A stretch of 63,164 bases of DNA, the filler included, from Collodictyon triciliatum (Eukaryota): the NCBI GenBank assembly GCA_043381765.1. It is 3 parts of 3 records of this genome, joined end to end, with 100 filler letters (N's around TTAATTAATTAA, not from the genome) between each part and the next. Parts side by side here need not be neighbours in the genome. Positions count along the whole stretch, not along the records: positions 21,111 to 42,091 come from JBHJMP010001213.1; positions 42,192 to 63,164 come from JBHJMP010001214.1; 1 more part is not named here. The stretch is one strand, 5' to 3'. The translations under genes and the position numbers were made by a program. Positions 37,701 to 54,100 of this stretch are shown here, one piece after another (position 1 is the stretch's first letter; every line of letters starts with the position of its first letter). Below the pieces are notes generated by a model. The model searched no databases. It had not been told where the DNA came from and saw nothing but the letters and a program-made list of their open reading frames with translations.

Positions 37701-40700
37701 TTTCCCTTTGGTGTTTGAACACTTGTATGCATGAAAATGCACTGAATAATGTTAAAAGGTATCCTCTTTCTCTTTTTCTTTTTGTTTTGCATTCACAGGG
37801 TTGGAAAGAAAAGATCCATATCTACTTCCCATGTGGAACCCAAACGGCTCAGATGAAGGAACTGGAGAATTATCCAATGCATGGACGAGTCATGGAAAAG
37901 AGACAAATTGACCAATCCCTCCGTCAATACCTCAGAAAATACCATTCATTTGCGACTGGATCGCGCACTGGAATAATTCTCATAGATGGGGCTTTGGGCA
38001 TGGGCAAATCAAAATTAATATCAGAGGTTACAAAATCAGCTTCCAATTATTCGATTTCCATTCACCGAGGGAGTGGTGACGAAGTCTTTCAAAACGCATA
38101 TATGTACCCATGGAAACACATCTTCCTCAGTCTATTTTCTATAGACCCTGATCAAATGGATCAAATGGATAGCGAGAATGCCACCCAAATTGTCCTTTCC
38201 TCTATGAAAAGCCTCTTGGAAGAAAAAAAGAAAGAAAACAGAATTACTCGAAAATCTACCAGGATATTCCGATCTGCGGGGCTTATCGCCGAGGATGACG
38301 ACGAAGATGAAGAGAATGAAATTTGCTCAGAGGCAGAAGACGATGTTTCATCAAAGGATAAAAGCCGTCGGGCATGGGTTGCCAATCCTTACATGCGATA
38401 CGACATCCCTCGCATCTCAGCTTTGACACAAAACATTATTGTGATGAATACACCAACAGAACCTATCTCAAAAAGCTATGCATCACTTCAGGAAGAACTC
38501 GGTACTCTTTTCCGTGACATTGGAATATCCTTTGGTACGGTACCTGAGCTCGTTGTCTCTGAAGATGAAGATGAAGGCGAGTCCTCTGGTAGTGATGATG
38601 ATGATATTCCCATTGGCAAAGGGGCCGCAGAAATCCTTGCCCGAAGAGGAGAAAGGGCTGATTCAGCGCAGTCAGCAGAGGGTGCTGGCCTTCGTCCAAC
38701 CCTATCACAATTTTCAATGCAATCCGATATATTCTCAAATGAGAGGTCGTCTGACCAATGGGAGACTTTCCTTCCTCTGCTGAACCAATTGTTTAATGTG
38801 AACTTTCCTGAAAATGGCGTTACTGGGCAGCTATACGGCCCTAGTCGTGTTGCCGCTTTGATGCAATACCTGCACTCAGTACTGTTCTTTGTCTCTAAAG
38901 TGCGTCCGATACTTATTATCATGGAAGACATTCAATGGTATGAGCTTATATTGATCAGAAATCTTTGATTTCAAGGATAGCTTTTGAGTCCTTCCTTTTC
39001 AATTCTAATTCTTCTTTTCTTCTTTTCTTCTTCTTTTCTTCTTCTTTTCTTCTTCTTTTCTTCTTCTTTTCTTCTTCTTTTCTTCTTTTGTTTTTGTCCT
39101 TTGGTATTCCTTGAACGTGTCATTAGGATTGATCCATCGTCTTTAGCTTTCCTAAAGCAAATTGCATATTCCGAGCTACCTTTGATGCTCATTTGTACAA
39201 GAAGGATATCGGAGACTGAACCGCCACCTCGATTTTCACAAAAGCTCATTCGACATCACATCACACTTGAGCCTCTCACTGAACAAGCACTAACTTCTCA
39301 TCTCTGTGACGTCCTTCGCGCCACCTCCATCCACAGAGATCTTTTCGAATACATCATGTCACGCTCTAAAGGGAATCCTATGATTGCCCAACAAATAGCT
39401 CTTTCTCTTCAATCACAAAATCACATAGAAAACAGACTTGGCGAGCTTCAGCTTATACAATCATCTGCAGAATTGGTCTTGACTGATTCGGGAAACCTTC
39501 AAGCCATGATGACAAGTTACATCAACAAACTTGATGTAAACCAACAATTGACACGTAAGTATGAGCATGATGACTTAAGATGATGTTTTGAACAACTTAT
39601 TCATCCATTAATTTTTTCATTTACTTATTTAATGAGTCATGATAAACAAATAAATTATTTCCCAAATAACATCACCAATTGGATTGCCATATGGTTTGAC
39701 TTGTCTTCTCTATTCTTTGAAACATCAGTTCAGGTTGCCAGTGTTATTGGAAAGGTCTTTACAAAAAAAATCCTCATTGATGTATTTCCACAAGACGGGC
39801 AAGAAAAAAGAATTCTGAATGATTTAAGAATCATAGAGGATGCAGGACTCATCACACCATTGTCTCACAAATCTGGGGGTCCCATAACAGACCGTAGCTA
39901 TCAGTTCACCTATGTCCTTGTTCACGAGGTTTGCTATGGCATGGTATCCTTCAAAATGAGAAAGCGCCTTCACGCACTGATTGCTACTTGGTACGAAAAA
40001 CTGCTGAAAGACCAACACTCGAACGTTGCTTTCTACTGTCCCAACAAAGGAACTATCGCGCGTCATTGGGAAAAGGCAGAGGATTTGAAAAAAGCTCTTG
40101 CGCATTATGTCGATGCAGCTAATGTTTCCTTCGCCCAAGGGTCGTTCATGGAGGCATCACACTACTACGAAAAAGTAATTAATATGATGCAGCCGAAGGA
40201 TGAAGAAGAGTACGTTAGGATTCTTGTCATATAACATCACATAATATTTATTTTATTTTATCACATCCCATTCCACATATTTCAGCGATATTTTTTTTTA
40301 TTTAATGCCATTACTTATCAATATTTACTTCTGACAGAAAAAGAATCAAAGGGATTAGCTTCGTCAGGCTTGGGATTTCCTATTTTAATCAAAGTACGTA
40401 AAATTTAAACGATATTAGAATTCATGCAATATCTGTTAATAAAGGCCGAATAATTATGTGGCGTTATATATAAAGGAAAGAAAACATTCCTGAAACTACA
40501 TATGTAATAGGTAAATATTTGGAGTCCAGGACAGCGTTGGAGAGTGCCCTTGGATTGTTTGGTAGAGAAATCCCAGAGTCCCATCTCAAGCTTATGGGGA
40601 AAATCAGCAAAGCAAAGAGCCGCTCACTCCTCCACAAGACGAAAATTGTGTCAAAAAAGTTCTTTGGTCACCATCTACTCCCAATAGACGAAGATATCCA

Positions 40701-41904
40701 CCAAAGTCCATACATATGGCTCACCGAGCTGTATATAGCTGCACAGCAGCGGCAGCGAGCGCTTCTGTGCAACGTCCGAATAATCGACCTCCTTCGGCAC
40801 GAGTCTGATATTGAAAGTCTTATTGGATTAGCGGTGGCCTCCTCTCTTTCTGCCTTACTGCGCTTTGCGTCGCACCAAAAGGAATCGGCCAAAAGATGCA
40901 TCAAGCGAGCATTGGACCTGGCAAGCAAGTTCGGGGGCTTTCGAATCCCGCTTTCGCTAGTCCTGTACAACATCTCCATCTACTACACAAGCGCATGTGA
41001 GTGGGGACTGGGCCAGGATGCCATCGACGAGGCGCACACCATCGCGGTCCAACTGAAGGACAATGTGATTGCCGACAAGTGCGAGATTATGATGGCCAAG
41101 ATGGCCTTCTTCCGGTCGTGGTATGAGTATGCACATAACATTCTCCAGTCCACTATTTCATCCTCCAAAGAGCGTGGAGATGTCCTTCGAGAATGCAACG
41201 CGACGCTGGTTCTGGCGCTGTGTGGCCTTCGCCAAGGCAAGTATGAGGAAGCGCTCCGGCTGCTGGACTCTGTAAAAGTGGGGCTTGGCTCGCTGGGATG
41301 CAACGTTGACTTTGTACTGGAGCAAATCCACGAGGCGGCCTATGCACGGTACTATCTGTACACTGGAGATGTGGACAGGTCCATCCGCATCGCAGACGAG
41401 GTTCTGGCCAGCTCCTCCAAAAGAACCCCTGCGGATTTGATATCATTCGACTATCTTGAGCTGTTCAACGCCATGGCAGAGGTCAATGTCATTGCCTGGA
41501 AGTACATGCTCGACCAGAACAAGACGGAGCGGGACGAGAAGGGCATTGGCGACCGCATCATGGCTCGGCGGAACGGAGCAAAGTATTGGTGCGAGCAGCT
41601 CAAGGCGTTTGGAGCCACCTTCCCAATCGCCCAGCCTTACTACTTCATGTGGCGCGGGGTATACTGCCTGCTCAAATGCGACAACAAGGAGGCTCTTGAA
41701 CAGCTGCATCAGGCGTCAAGGCTCTCGTCTGCCTTCCAGAACACCCTGGTTCTGGCCATCAGCCTGTTCTTTCTGGAGTATCTGCAGGACTCGGCGGAGG
41801 CATCGACCAGGGCGCTTCGTTTGGGAGCGGCCACGCGGCTGTTTGAGAAGATGGGGGACGAGTATTATCTGCGGATGACAAAGCGGATTGGGCAGCCGAT
41901 GTAG
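34549..41904 (+). CDS. Soluble adenylyl/guanylyl cyclase-like protein (ADCY10/SgcA type): two class III cyclase domains, STAND P-loop NTPase, TPR-like C-terminus
   Basis: C1 'AVMFADISGFSAL...GGDVIKFSGDAMLAIW'; C2 'GELRRVTILF...IDDKG...AFGLPPRSHEDDP...VNLAARMM...VKG'; Walker A 'GALGMGKS', Walker B 'IIMEDIQW', 'SKGNP', 'VASVIG', 'YQFTYVLVHEVCY', 'IARHW'. First exons uncertain. Confidence 0.9.
34639..34712. repeat. (CT)n microsatellite
   Basis: Directly visible, probably intronic. Confidence 0.95.
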
Positions 41905-41982
41905 GCGCCTGCTTGTGCACTTCTCTGTCTGTCTTCCTTCTCTCACGCTCTCAAGCAGCATCTGTTTTCTTTCATCGCCTCC

Positions 41983-42056
<74 letters not shown>

Positions 42057-42058
42057 CT

Positions 42059-42090
<32 letters not shown>

Positions 42091-42091
42091 T

Positions 42092-42191
42092 NNNNNNNNN
42101 NNNNNNNNNNNNNNNNNNNNNNNNNNNNNNNNNNNTTAATTAATTAANNNNNNNNNNNNNNNNNNNNNNNNNNNNNNNNNNNNNNNNNNNN
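42092..42191. other. Artificial contig linker N44-TTAATTAATTAA-N44
   Basis: Identical to 21011-21110. Confidence 0.97.
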
Positions 42192-42292
42192 ACAGAAAAA
42201 ACAGAAAAAACAGAAAAAACAGAAAAAACAGAAAAAACAGAAAAAACAGAAAAAACAGAAAAAACAGAAAAAACAGAAAAAACAGAAAAACA
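42192..42292. repeat. (ACAGAAAAA)n 9-bp tandem repeat at contig start
   Basis: Directly visible. Confidence 0.93.
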
Positions 42293-42416
42293 GTGAATGA
42301 GGAAATTAATTTTGGACAAAAGATGTTAAGATTTAAAGGAGAAAACATCTTTTAAATAGTATATTATTAATTTTTTTAAAAAAAGTTATCGGCCTTTTTT
42401 TTTTTTAAAAAAAAAC

Positions 42417-45467
<3,051 letters not shown>

Positions 45468-46502
45468 TTCAAAAGCGCTTAACTTTGAGACCTCCTCAGG
45501 ACTTTCATACACGAGGTTAAATTGTTCATTGGTTATAATCTAGCCCAATATGTATTGGGATTGCAGTTTATCTTCTTCTTTTCCCCTTTTTCTCCACCGA
45601 ATGTTAATAAAGAGAAGAAAATGAAAAAAAGTATTTTGTTTTATGGTGCGGAATCCTTTGCTTACTCTTCAAAGTTCTGCCTTTGCCAGTCCATCGCAAC
45701 GGTGATGGATTATCAAAACCCCTGGTCAGGCCCGATTCTGAGGAATACGCGAGGGTCTATAGAATAAGTTCCAAGGGCAACTCGGTCGTCCGACCTTGGC
45801 TCTCAGAAGCCCCTTCTAGAAATCCTAATAGGAAACTGACTTTGACTCCTTTTTTTTAAAAAAAAAATGATGAAATAATATAAATACAACCGCATGAAGG
45901 CAATGACAAAAAGATGAAGACGAAAAGACAATAGGCTAAAAAAAAAAAAAAGAGAAAAAACCGCCAACAAAAAACACATTCTAACCCCAACGTATTCCCC
46001 CCTGTTCTCTTGGGTTTGAGGGAGACCCTTTGTGGTTTACCACTTTTTAAAAGGGTGTGGTTTTTTTTCTTTTCGTTTTTAATATGGTTCGTTCTCGATT
46101 TTTCTGATTTAATCTTGTGATCAGCGAGACAGAGAATGCGAAGAGGATGGTAAGTAATCTAGATTTCCTCTCGCAACTGAAGACATCCCAAGAATGACAG
46201 CTGTCATCACAAGAAAATATGGCCGCAGTATTGTGAAAACGTATTCCGCAAACCAGTTGACTTGCCCCTTGTGACTGGCACAAACAAAGCACAGAGACAA
46301 AGGTTTTTTTTTATTCTTCCTTTCAATTTTGTGCAGGATGGTTGAGATGTTGGCTTTGGTTCGCTGGCCATTTCAGAGAGGAAGGCATAATTATATCCCA
46401 CATCTATATCACCTGAAGCCACCAGCATACTTCGCTTTCGGAACATGGTAGATGAAGCCCAGACCACCCGCAAGGTCTTGATAGCTTCTCGAGAGGAGTC
46501 AG

Positions 46503-47911
46503 CTAATGATATTCCAGTGCTTGTATATAGTTGCAAGTAACATCGAGTGCTTGAAGCCAGTCCATTTCGTAAAGGACACATGGAAATGATGTAAGCTGCA
46601 TCGAGTTTTTGTTTCAGAAATGAATTTTGAAGGTGTGGGATAAGACCAAAAATTAAAAAAAAAGTAGCAACAACAATAATAACTATGATAATACCATCGA
46701 ATTAATTAATAAATAGATAAGGGTTGATGGCTTACGGAATTCTTTGCAAGACAGAGACTCGTTAATGCAGTCAAAAGGGTAAAGGAAGATGGTATTGTCC
46801 TTATCTAAAACAAAGCTGCCAATATCAGAAAAAAATTCCACACATAAGAAAAAAAAACCAACAAATATCGTATAAATCACATTCATATTTGGCCGAAATG
46901 AAGAGATCGTGACCATTTACTTTGTTGAAAGAGAAGTCCAGGGAACAAAAATCTGTTAATGAAAAGGGATTGATAATTGTTCCCTCCAAATTATTGTGTG
47001 CAAAAACTCTATCATACAACGTGAGGCTTTCAAGTACCGAAGCTTGTTCCCAGGTTGAATTGCCACTTGAATCCCAACAAGGCAATGATGTCATAGCCAA
47101 TGGACCTCGTACAATTGAACCTACTCCAAAAGCTGAGATATTCAATGTCTCAAGTCGAGTAAATCGAGAGATTTCATCAGGAAGAACTTCAACCTGCAAG
47201 GATCATAAGGAAGTTTAGGGAGTAGACGAAGAAATGAACCCATAGCGGGGAAATAATGCAAATTCAAAGTGAAGGAAAATATAAAATGCAACACCATTAT
47301 GTTTTATGAGTCTTTGTTCTACTTTGCTTTTTTTTCTTATCATATGAACAATGAAATAATGAAGAGCTCTTTTTTTAAAAATAAATAAATAAATAAAAAA
47401 CCTCGTTTCCATACAAGCTAAAACTTGTTATATGCGTAAGCTTGCACAACGACTCAGGGAAGCGCGTAAGCTTGTTGTTGTGGAGACTGAGGCTCTCCAG
47501 AGATGCAAGAAGCGAAAAGCCACTTGGCAAAGTCGAAAGTTGGTTTGAACCCAAGCCAAGGATGCTGAGGCTTGTTAGGTTTGATATTTCATCGGGCAGG
47601 CTCGAGATGCAGTTCCTGTACATGTCTAAAGCTCTCAGATTTGTCAGGGCACCCAGATGCCGGGGTAAGTTTGCGATCATGTTGCAGTTCAGGTCCAGCT
47701 TTGTGAGATTGTTGAGAGAAAAAATGCAGGCTGGCACCTTGTAGAGTTTATTCGAGCCCAGGGACACGTGCTTGAGAGAAGACAGAGCCGATACCTCTGA
47801 AGGAAGGTCGCTGAGCTGCTTCCCGTAGAGATTGAGCATCGTGCCGCTGAACAGCTCGGCTTCAATCTTGGGCATTGTGCAGCCACTGAGGTTGAGTTCG
47901 GTCGTCCCCAT
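46503..47911 (-). CDS. Intracellular LRR-only protein (SHOC2/PIRL-type repeats), about 4 exons
   Basis: Repeats LxxLxLxxNxLxxLPxxIxxL; spliced tail ...DFSFNK|IRTIPSSFTLLTALTSLCLAKNS|LTSFPCVLYEMDWLQALDVTCNYIQALEYH*. No signal peptide. Confidence 0.85.
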
Positions 47912-48475
47912 ATTCTCTGACTCTTCGCTTTGTTGCAGGGAACTTGGTGGACAACGTGGCCTTTTCCAACTAGGACTAGTAAGTCAGCTAGAATAAATAG
48001 CGTGTACAGCTCGTACATTGACGTTTGCGGGTTTATACGGTCGCACGGAATCCAACACTTCACTTTTGTTTTTCAGCACGTTATGAACTAATTATTGAGA
48101 TATATTCGCTACGATGTATGTGTAAAAAAAATTTAATGTAAATAGAAATTGTATTTGATTGTAAATTCCAAAATTAGATAATATTTGGTTTGCTGGTGAA
48201 TTGAATTCCTGCTTTGTTCTTCATTCCGAGAATAAAGATACTTCCCCGAAAAACCACGCGCGTGTATATATAGCAGGTCGAGAAGGAAGGCGAACTGCGG
48301 CACGCAACCAAGCAGCAAGGCAATCACGCACCAGGATACAGACCGAAGCGTTCGAATTAGAATCCCAAGTCTGTCCCTTTTAATAAAAATAATAATAGAA
48401 ATAATAATAATAATAATTACGAGTCGTTCCCTGCTAGTGCGAACCAATACAGAGTAAATCCCACTGAACCAGGAC

Positions 48476-50328
48476 ATGGAGAACATTGCGACCGTACCGA
48501 ATATGACGCTTCAGTTAACATCAAACACATCGTATGCCAATCGAATACCAATATTATTGATGTAATCATCAAATGAAAAACTGAATAGCTAAATAAATGG
48601 TTTTTTGGCTCTTCCTCTCAGTTCATACGAGCTGATTAATATATACGCATACAAAAAACTTAAACCAAGTCATACAATCATATTTATTTCCAAAAAAAAA
48701 ACTGCTTGTCCTTGATAATTGATTTTTTTTTAATTTTATGAATCAAACGACACAACACCTCTATTTCCCTTGTCCTAACTACTTTTTTTTTTTTTAAAAA
48801 AAAAAAAGGATCACAGTTAGGGTGTACATTAGACGCACGCATTACCCCATAAACGACGTCAATCAAGCCTTAAAAGTCGGAAATTCCATGTGTTTGTTGT
48901 CATTCTCAACGGAGAGTTGCCCATTCGAACTGATTGTGGTACTTGGATCAGCTAAGAGGGTTCGGAAAGAAGTCGAATGCCATATTAGCCTATGCGACCA
49001 CAAAGATGAAATCGTTCAAGACGGACTGAAGCGCGTCGAAGGAGAAATAATGGTTTGCATCTCAAAATAACGTTTTTTTCTTTGATCTCTTTCAAGTCTC
49101 ATGTTTTCTGTGTGTATACAAAGCACTCATAATAGATTGGTTCTATTTCTCCATCTTGAAATCTACATATTAATTATAGGATTCAATATCATTTTCTGGA
49201 CTGAAGCGGAAGTTGTCCTCCAAAAAGTTTGGGATTAACAAGTCCAGTTTTCATCCAACTCCAACCAACCCCCCAACAATCCCCAACGAACAGATTGTGA
49301 TGCCCTCTCACTTTAAGGTTGTGATTCGAGGGAAAGGAAATGCAGATTGCATCGAGTTTAGGACACCGTGCTTTTTTGTGTACTCCAAAATACCTGGAAA
49401 TGTATGCTCAAAGGATTATGTCCTTCGGTATTTGAGGAGCAATGCCGAATTAATAAGATACGGGTCCGAGGATTCCAATGACCTTACTGATCACGACAGA
49501 CATAGGTCAACTGTGCATTTTTACCTATCAAAAGTTTACTCTCGAGTCAGTTTCTACAGTTTATCCAAGGTCATTCTAGGACGCAAATGTGAAGATATCC
49601 AGAAAGATATTTTCTCCGACTTGGGAGACATACCGACGCAGCTATCTTTCGAGAAATGGACAAGTCACGATATGATTATTTTGGGCAGCTCTGATGCTTC
49701 TCCCGAAATCACAGAGGACCAGAGACCGATGACAAAAGTCTCTGGCAATATTTGCACACTTCCAGCAGATAGAATAGACGATGCATCAAAAGAAAAGAAA
49801 AGGGACATAGACTTAGGTGGCAATCTCGACATCGATGCCTGGGCGGGAAGAAGAAATGATCTGATACCCACTCTCGCACCTGCGAATATTTGCCATCATG
49901 GAATTTCAAAGCAAAAGCTTGAGCCATGGATTTTACCCAGATTTACAGACTTGAATGAGTACATCAAGAATCACCATCTCGACGTCGTTTTGTTACCTCC
50001 TCTCCGATTAGAGCAATCATCTTTGGAATGGAATTCGGATACAGAAGAATTAGATACTCATGAAATACCCCAACCCCAGCTATCCCCTGGGGACAACTAT
50101 AACCCCCAGTATCGAACACAAGAGATTCCGGGAGAAGAGATGGCTAATTTCTTGTGGGAGGAAGCGTTGTCTCCCCTGAACAAGCGCAAGGTTGCAGGCG
50201 AGAGTCCCCCAATGCCACCAGAAACAGAATCAGATGCAGGCAGCCATCCTTCAAACGGGATGTGTTACACTTGCTCCCCTGACTTGCTCAAGAAAACACG
50301 CAAGATTGCAAAGTGCTCTAGACAATAG
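48476..50328 (+). CDS. Hypothetical protein, possible Ig-fold (STAT/CudA/CBP60-like) DNA-binding domain, 3 exons
   Basis: Phase-consistent exons, long last exon. 'ISFSGLKRKLSSKKFG...FKVVIRG...FRTPCFFVYSK' resembles the 'FxxLKxxxxSxK...FxL...SxPFxVxSK' pattern. The gene is likely; the function is weakly supported. Confidence 0.55.
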
Positions 50329-51110
50329 TTTTCATCAAATGACTATGAACCTGCTATAATTGTGAATATCTCCAGCAAAACGGACGCGGATAGTCAATCG
50401 CCCCACCAATACACCATGTTTCGACTGACAACACACAAGACTTCTCGAGTATACCTTTATCTGCCAACATCTAGTTTCTGTGCTCCACCCTCACCACTTG
50501 TGCATGCCATAAAAAGAATCCGTTTTATATAATTTGGAATTTGGTGCGTCCGTTTTATTGTTTTTTTTTCCTCCAGCCAATCACAACTCGCTGCAACTCA
50601 ATCCAAACAGAATCTTGTCGGCCGCTCCTTGGGTTGAGTAGAATACAACAAAAAAATAAAAAAAAAGAGGACTAGAAAAAAGACTAAAATAGAGTAATAC
50701 ATCCAATCACGCAAAAATCTCTGAAAGCCATTGCAAGCTTCGGGTTAACTAATGAGAGGACAAGGAGAGGTTATAACTCATATACTTGCATCTTTTCAAA
50801 CAATCATGTTCGCCTTTCTTTTCGTATATCCCCACTAGTAGACTTTGGACACTTGGCGTACACTTCCCACTGCGTGTCCGCACAAGAAACATAAAAAATA
50901 CCATTATCGAAACAAATATAAACTGGTCGATTTTAGTTATATATTTCATGCATATTCTGCTTTCTTTTTTGAAGCTTCTCAAGCAAATCCTTTCAGGGTT
51001 CAGACGCAAAGATTGCCTTTCCTTTCTTTAATACGAATAAATGATACTAAAAACGTGGATATAGAAATACACACAAAGAAGCCTTGAGGTGATAATCCAA
51101 TCGAAGAATC

Positions 51111-54100
51111 ATGTCTGACCCGAGAAAAGGATTTGACGCCGATCCAGAAGACGATGACTATCTCGACAATGATCAGGAAGCACCAGAGGCACAGAATGCA
51201 GCTGAAGAGCCTGAATATGAGGACGACGATGACATTGATCCAAATGCCACGCTTGAACCCGACAACGTACACTATGCTTGATGAGATGCATTCTTTCCTT
51301 GTTTTCACATTCAAAAGAATTTGTCGCTTGTTTTACCCCAAATATTTTACCCCTCTTTATTTTCATATTTGATTACTTCTAATCAGTCAGGATATATATT
51401 CGCATGTATGGTTCTGGTCTGAACCCAACATTATGCCATTTATTTATTTCGTCGTGTTTAACTTTATGCAGCCCTTACTTGCTCGTGTTCAAGAGGCGAT
51501 TTACCGACAACTCCAAACTGCGAATAATCGTGTTACCACGGATTTGAAAGATCGCGTATTTTGTTTATTCTGATTCTTCCTTGATGACAAATGAACGAAA
51601 AAAGAACGCATTGCCTTTTTATATTATTTAACCTATTTTATACTACATCGCCTTTTGCACCTTTCCATCCTCTTTGTGAGAAAGGCATGATGATGGCAGG
51701 GTTTTCCTAATCCTGATAATCACAACCTAGCAAGAATTGTTAAAGAAAGTCAAAAAAGAACGCGAGGATTTGGGTGTTGGGCTATACAACGTACAACAGC
51801 AATTAGCTAAAGAGCAACTGCAGCTAGAAAGACAGCATGACGTTCTCAATGCTGCAACCAAGGTTTTTATGGCAGACATATAAGAAGGGATGTGATTAGA
51901 TTTCCTGTTTTATTGACCTGTAGTAAATCCATGAGACTAATAGTGCACTTGATGTTCACTCAAAAGCAAAAATTCAATTAAAAGGCTATGCATCCTTGAA
52001 TTATTATAATTTTTTAAGAAAAAAGAAAAGAAAAGAGAGATTACACGGAGCTAATATCCATTTGAAAACTTTAACATGAACAGGGTCGAATCCAATTCGA
52101 GAAAGATTTAGAATCCTACAGAGAGGCTTTGTCTTCGAAGCAAGAGTCGATTTTAGAGTTACAGAAAACAAGTAATATCTATCCCGTATGAGAAGTAATA
52201 TATAAGCCTATGAGACTAAAGAAAACACAATTGATCATTAGGAATGAAGTATCAGGTAGAACTTGATAAGTTAAACACTTCCCTTCGGAGCGTGGAAGAG
52301 TACAACGAAGAGGTCAAAAATCAAATTGCAGTGACAAGGAGAGAGACATACAAAGCTGAAGAGGACGTCACCAACCTAGAAAAGATAAAAAAGACTCAGG
52401 TAAAATTAGTTTGACTTTGAATAATCTCATTATTACTTTTTATGAAGAAATTGAAAGTTCTGTTGGCGGTTTATGAATCATTTAATGAAATCATAGGACA
52501 TTCTGATCGACAATCTGAACGAGCAACTGAAGCAACTGCACGACCAATATGCATTATATGAAGCTCAACTGATTGCACAGAAGCAAGAAACAAAAGCTGC
52601 TGCAGAGACGTTGGCCGCTGCGGCACTCGAGATCGAGGTAAACCCATATGTGATTGTGTATCAAAATGAATATACAATACCCTTACACATCAAATCGCGA
52701 CTATTAATTACACATCACATTTTAATTGCAATCTTATTGTATGGTATGTGATTCATAGGCATTGCAATACGAAATGAAGCAACTCGTCATGCAATGGAAG
52801 AGCAGCCTTTTGGGAGTCACCCGACGTGATGAAGCACTTCAACAAACAGAGGACGCCCTAAGCAAGCAGTTTGAAATTCAATTGGCCTACGACAGCGAAA
52901 TTAGGGGATATAAGCACACAATAAAGTTAGAACAGGAAAAGAATGAAAAACTCACCACAATTCAGAACAAGGTGAGCCTATTATCATTATTTTACTATTT
53001 TTTTTATTACTATTACTATATTTTTGTTTGTTACTCACGAAACGACATAAGACGACCAGTCTATGAGGAAGGTTTTCAACGGAACATCTAATCACCATAT
53101 CATCAAATAAACTTATGAAATCGTTTTAGATCCGAAATGAGATTAGCTTCTTGGAAAAACAAATTAAAATCAATAATGACCGACGCGAAAGATTGAACGA
53201 TGAATACATGATGCTCAAAAAATCTCTCGACCAAACTGACAATGAGCTTCAAAAAATAATGATGGTTTGTTCATTCCGCCTATTTTTCGATTTTTGATTA
53301 ATTAAAAAAGAAAGACAAAGCTTTTGGTATATGACTCTGTAATTCATATAGGGCAATACTATTCATTACCTTATCGACATAAAATAATTGAATATTTGAT
53401 CCTATGAATAATTTTTATAATTATTTTAAAAAAGAAATTAATAACATAACAGGAGAAGAATCGTATTCGTGAAGAAATGAATCTCATTCAAAAAAACATG
53501 CAACAATTGCAAGAGGAAGTGCACAAATTAGAGGAACAAATTGCCGGAAATATTAATTCCCAGACTACGTTGCTGAAAAGTAAACAAAGCACAGAACAAG
53601 GAACAAAGAAGCTTGGGTATAATTCTATCATATTTCCCCATCTTTTCAAAACAACCACGAAGAGGGATGGCCATACAATCAGCAAAGAATTTATAAGATG
53701 AAGCGGTATTATATTTTTATATCGCACACTCTATCTTGCTAGTGTCATATGTATACCTTACAGCTACTTATAAATTAATAAACAGGGGCAACATCAGAGA
53801 AAAAGAAATGGAATCTGCACAAGCTCAGAACGAGCTGTCACGTATCAGAGTGGATGCACTCAACACCCGGTCCCACATCGAGCAATTAAAGGGTAAATTA
53901 CAGATAATTTTTTATGTAAATTTGGTACTTCAAACTTTTTTACTATTTCATAAATAGAGCATCTCCAGCAACTTTTGAAGGAGTTGAAAGAGCGAGACAA
54001 AATGATTGAGCGGTGCGAGTTGGAAATCAGACGACGAAACGATGATATCGAAAAGAAGCAATCTGAAGTCGATAGACTAAACAAAAAATATGACCAGCTT

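Noticed and set aside
45540-45830. In-frame TAGs upstream of the second cyclase suggesting readthrough or fusion with the LRR gene
   Set aside because: The LRR gene ends cleanly at TAG 46503-46505 and the cyclase can start at ATG 45467; the sequence between is more simply UTR, uORF or unresolved exons.
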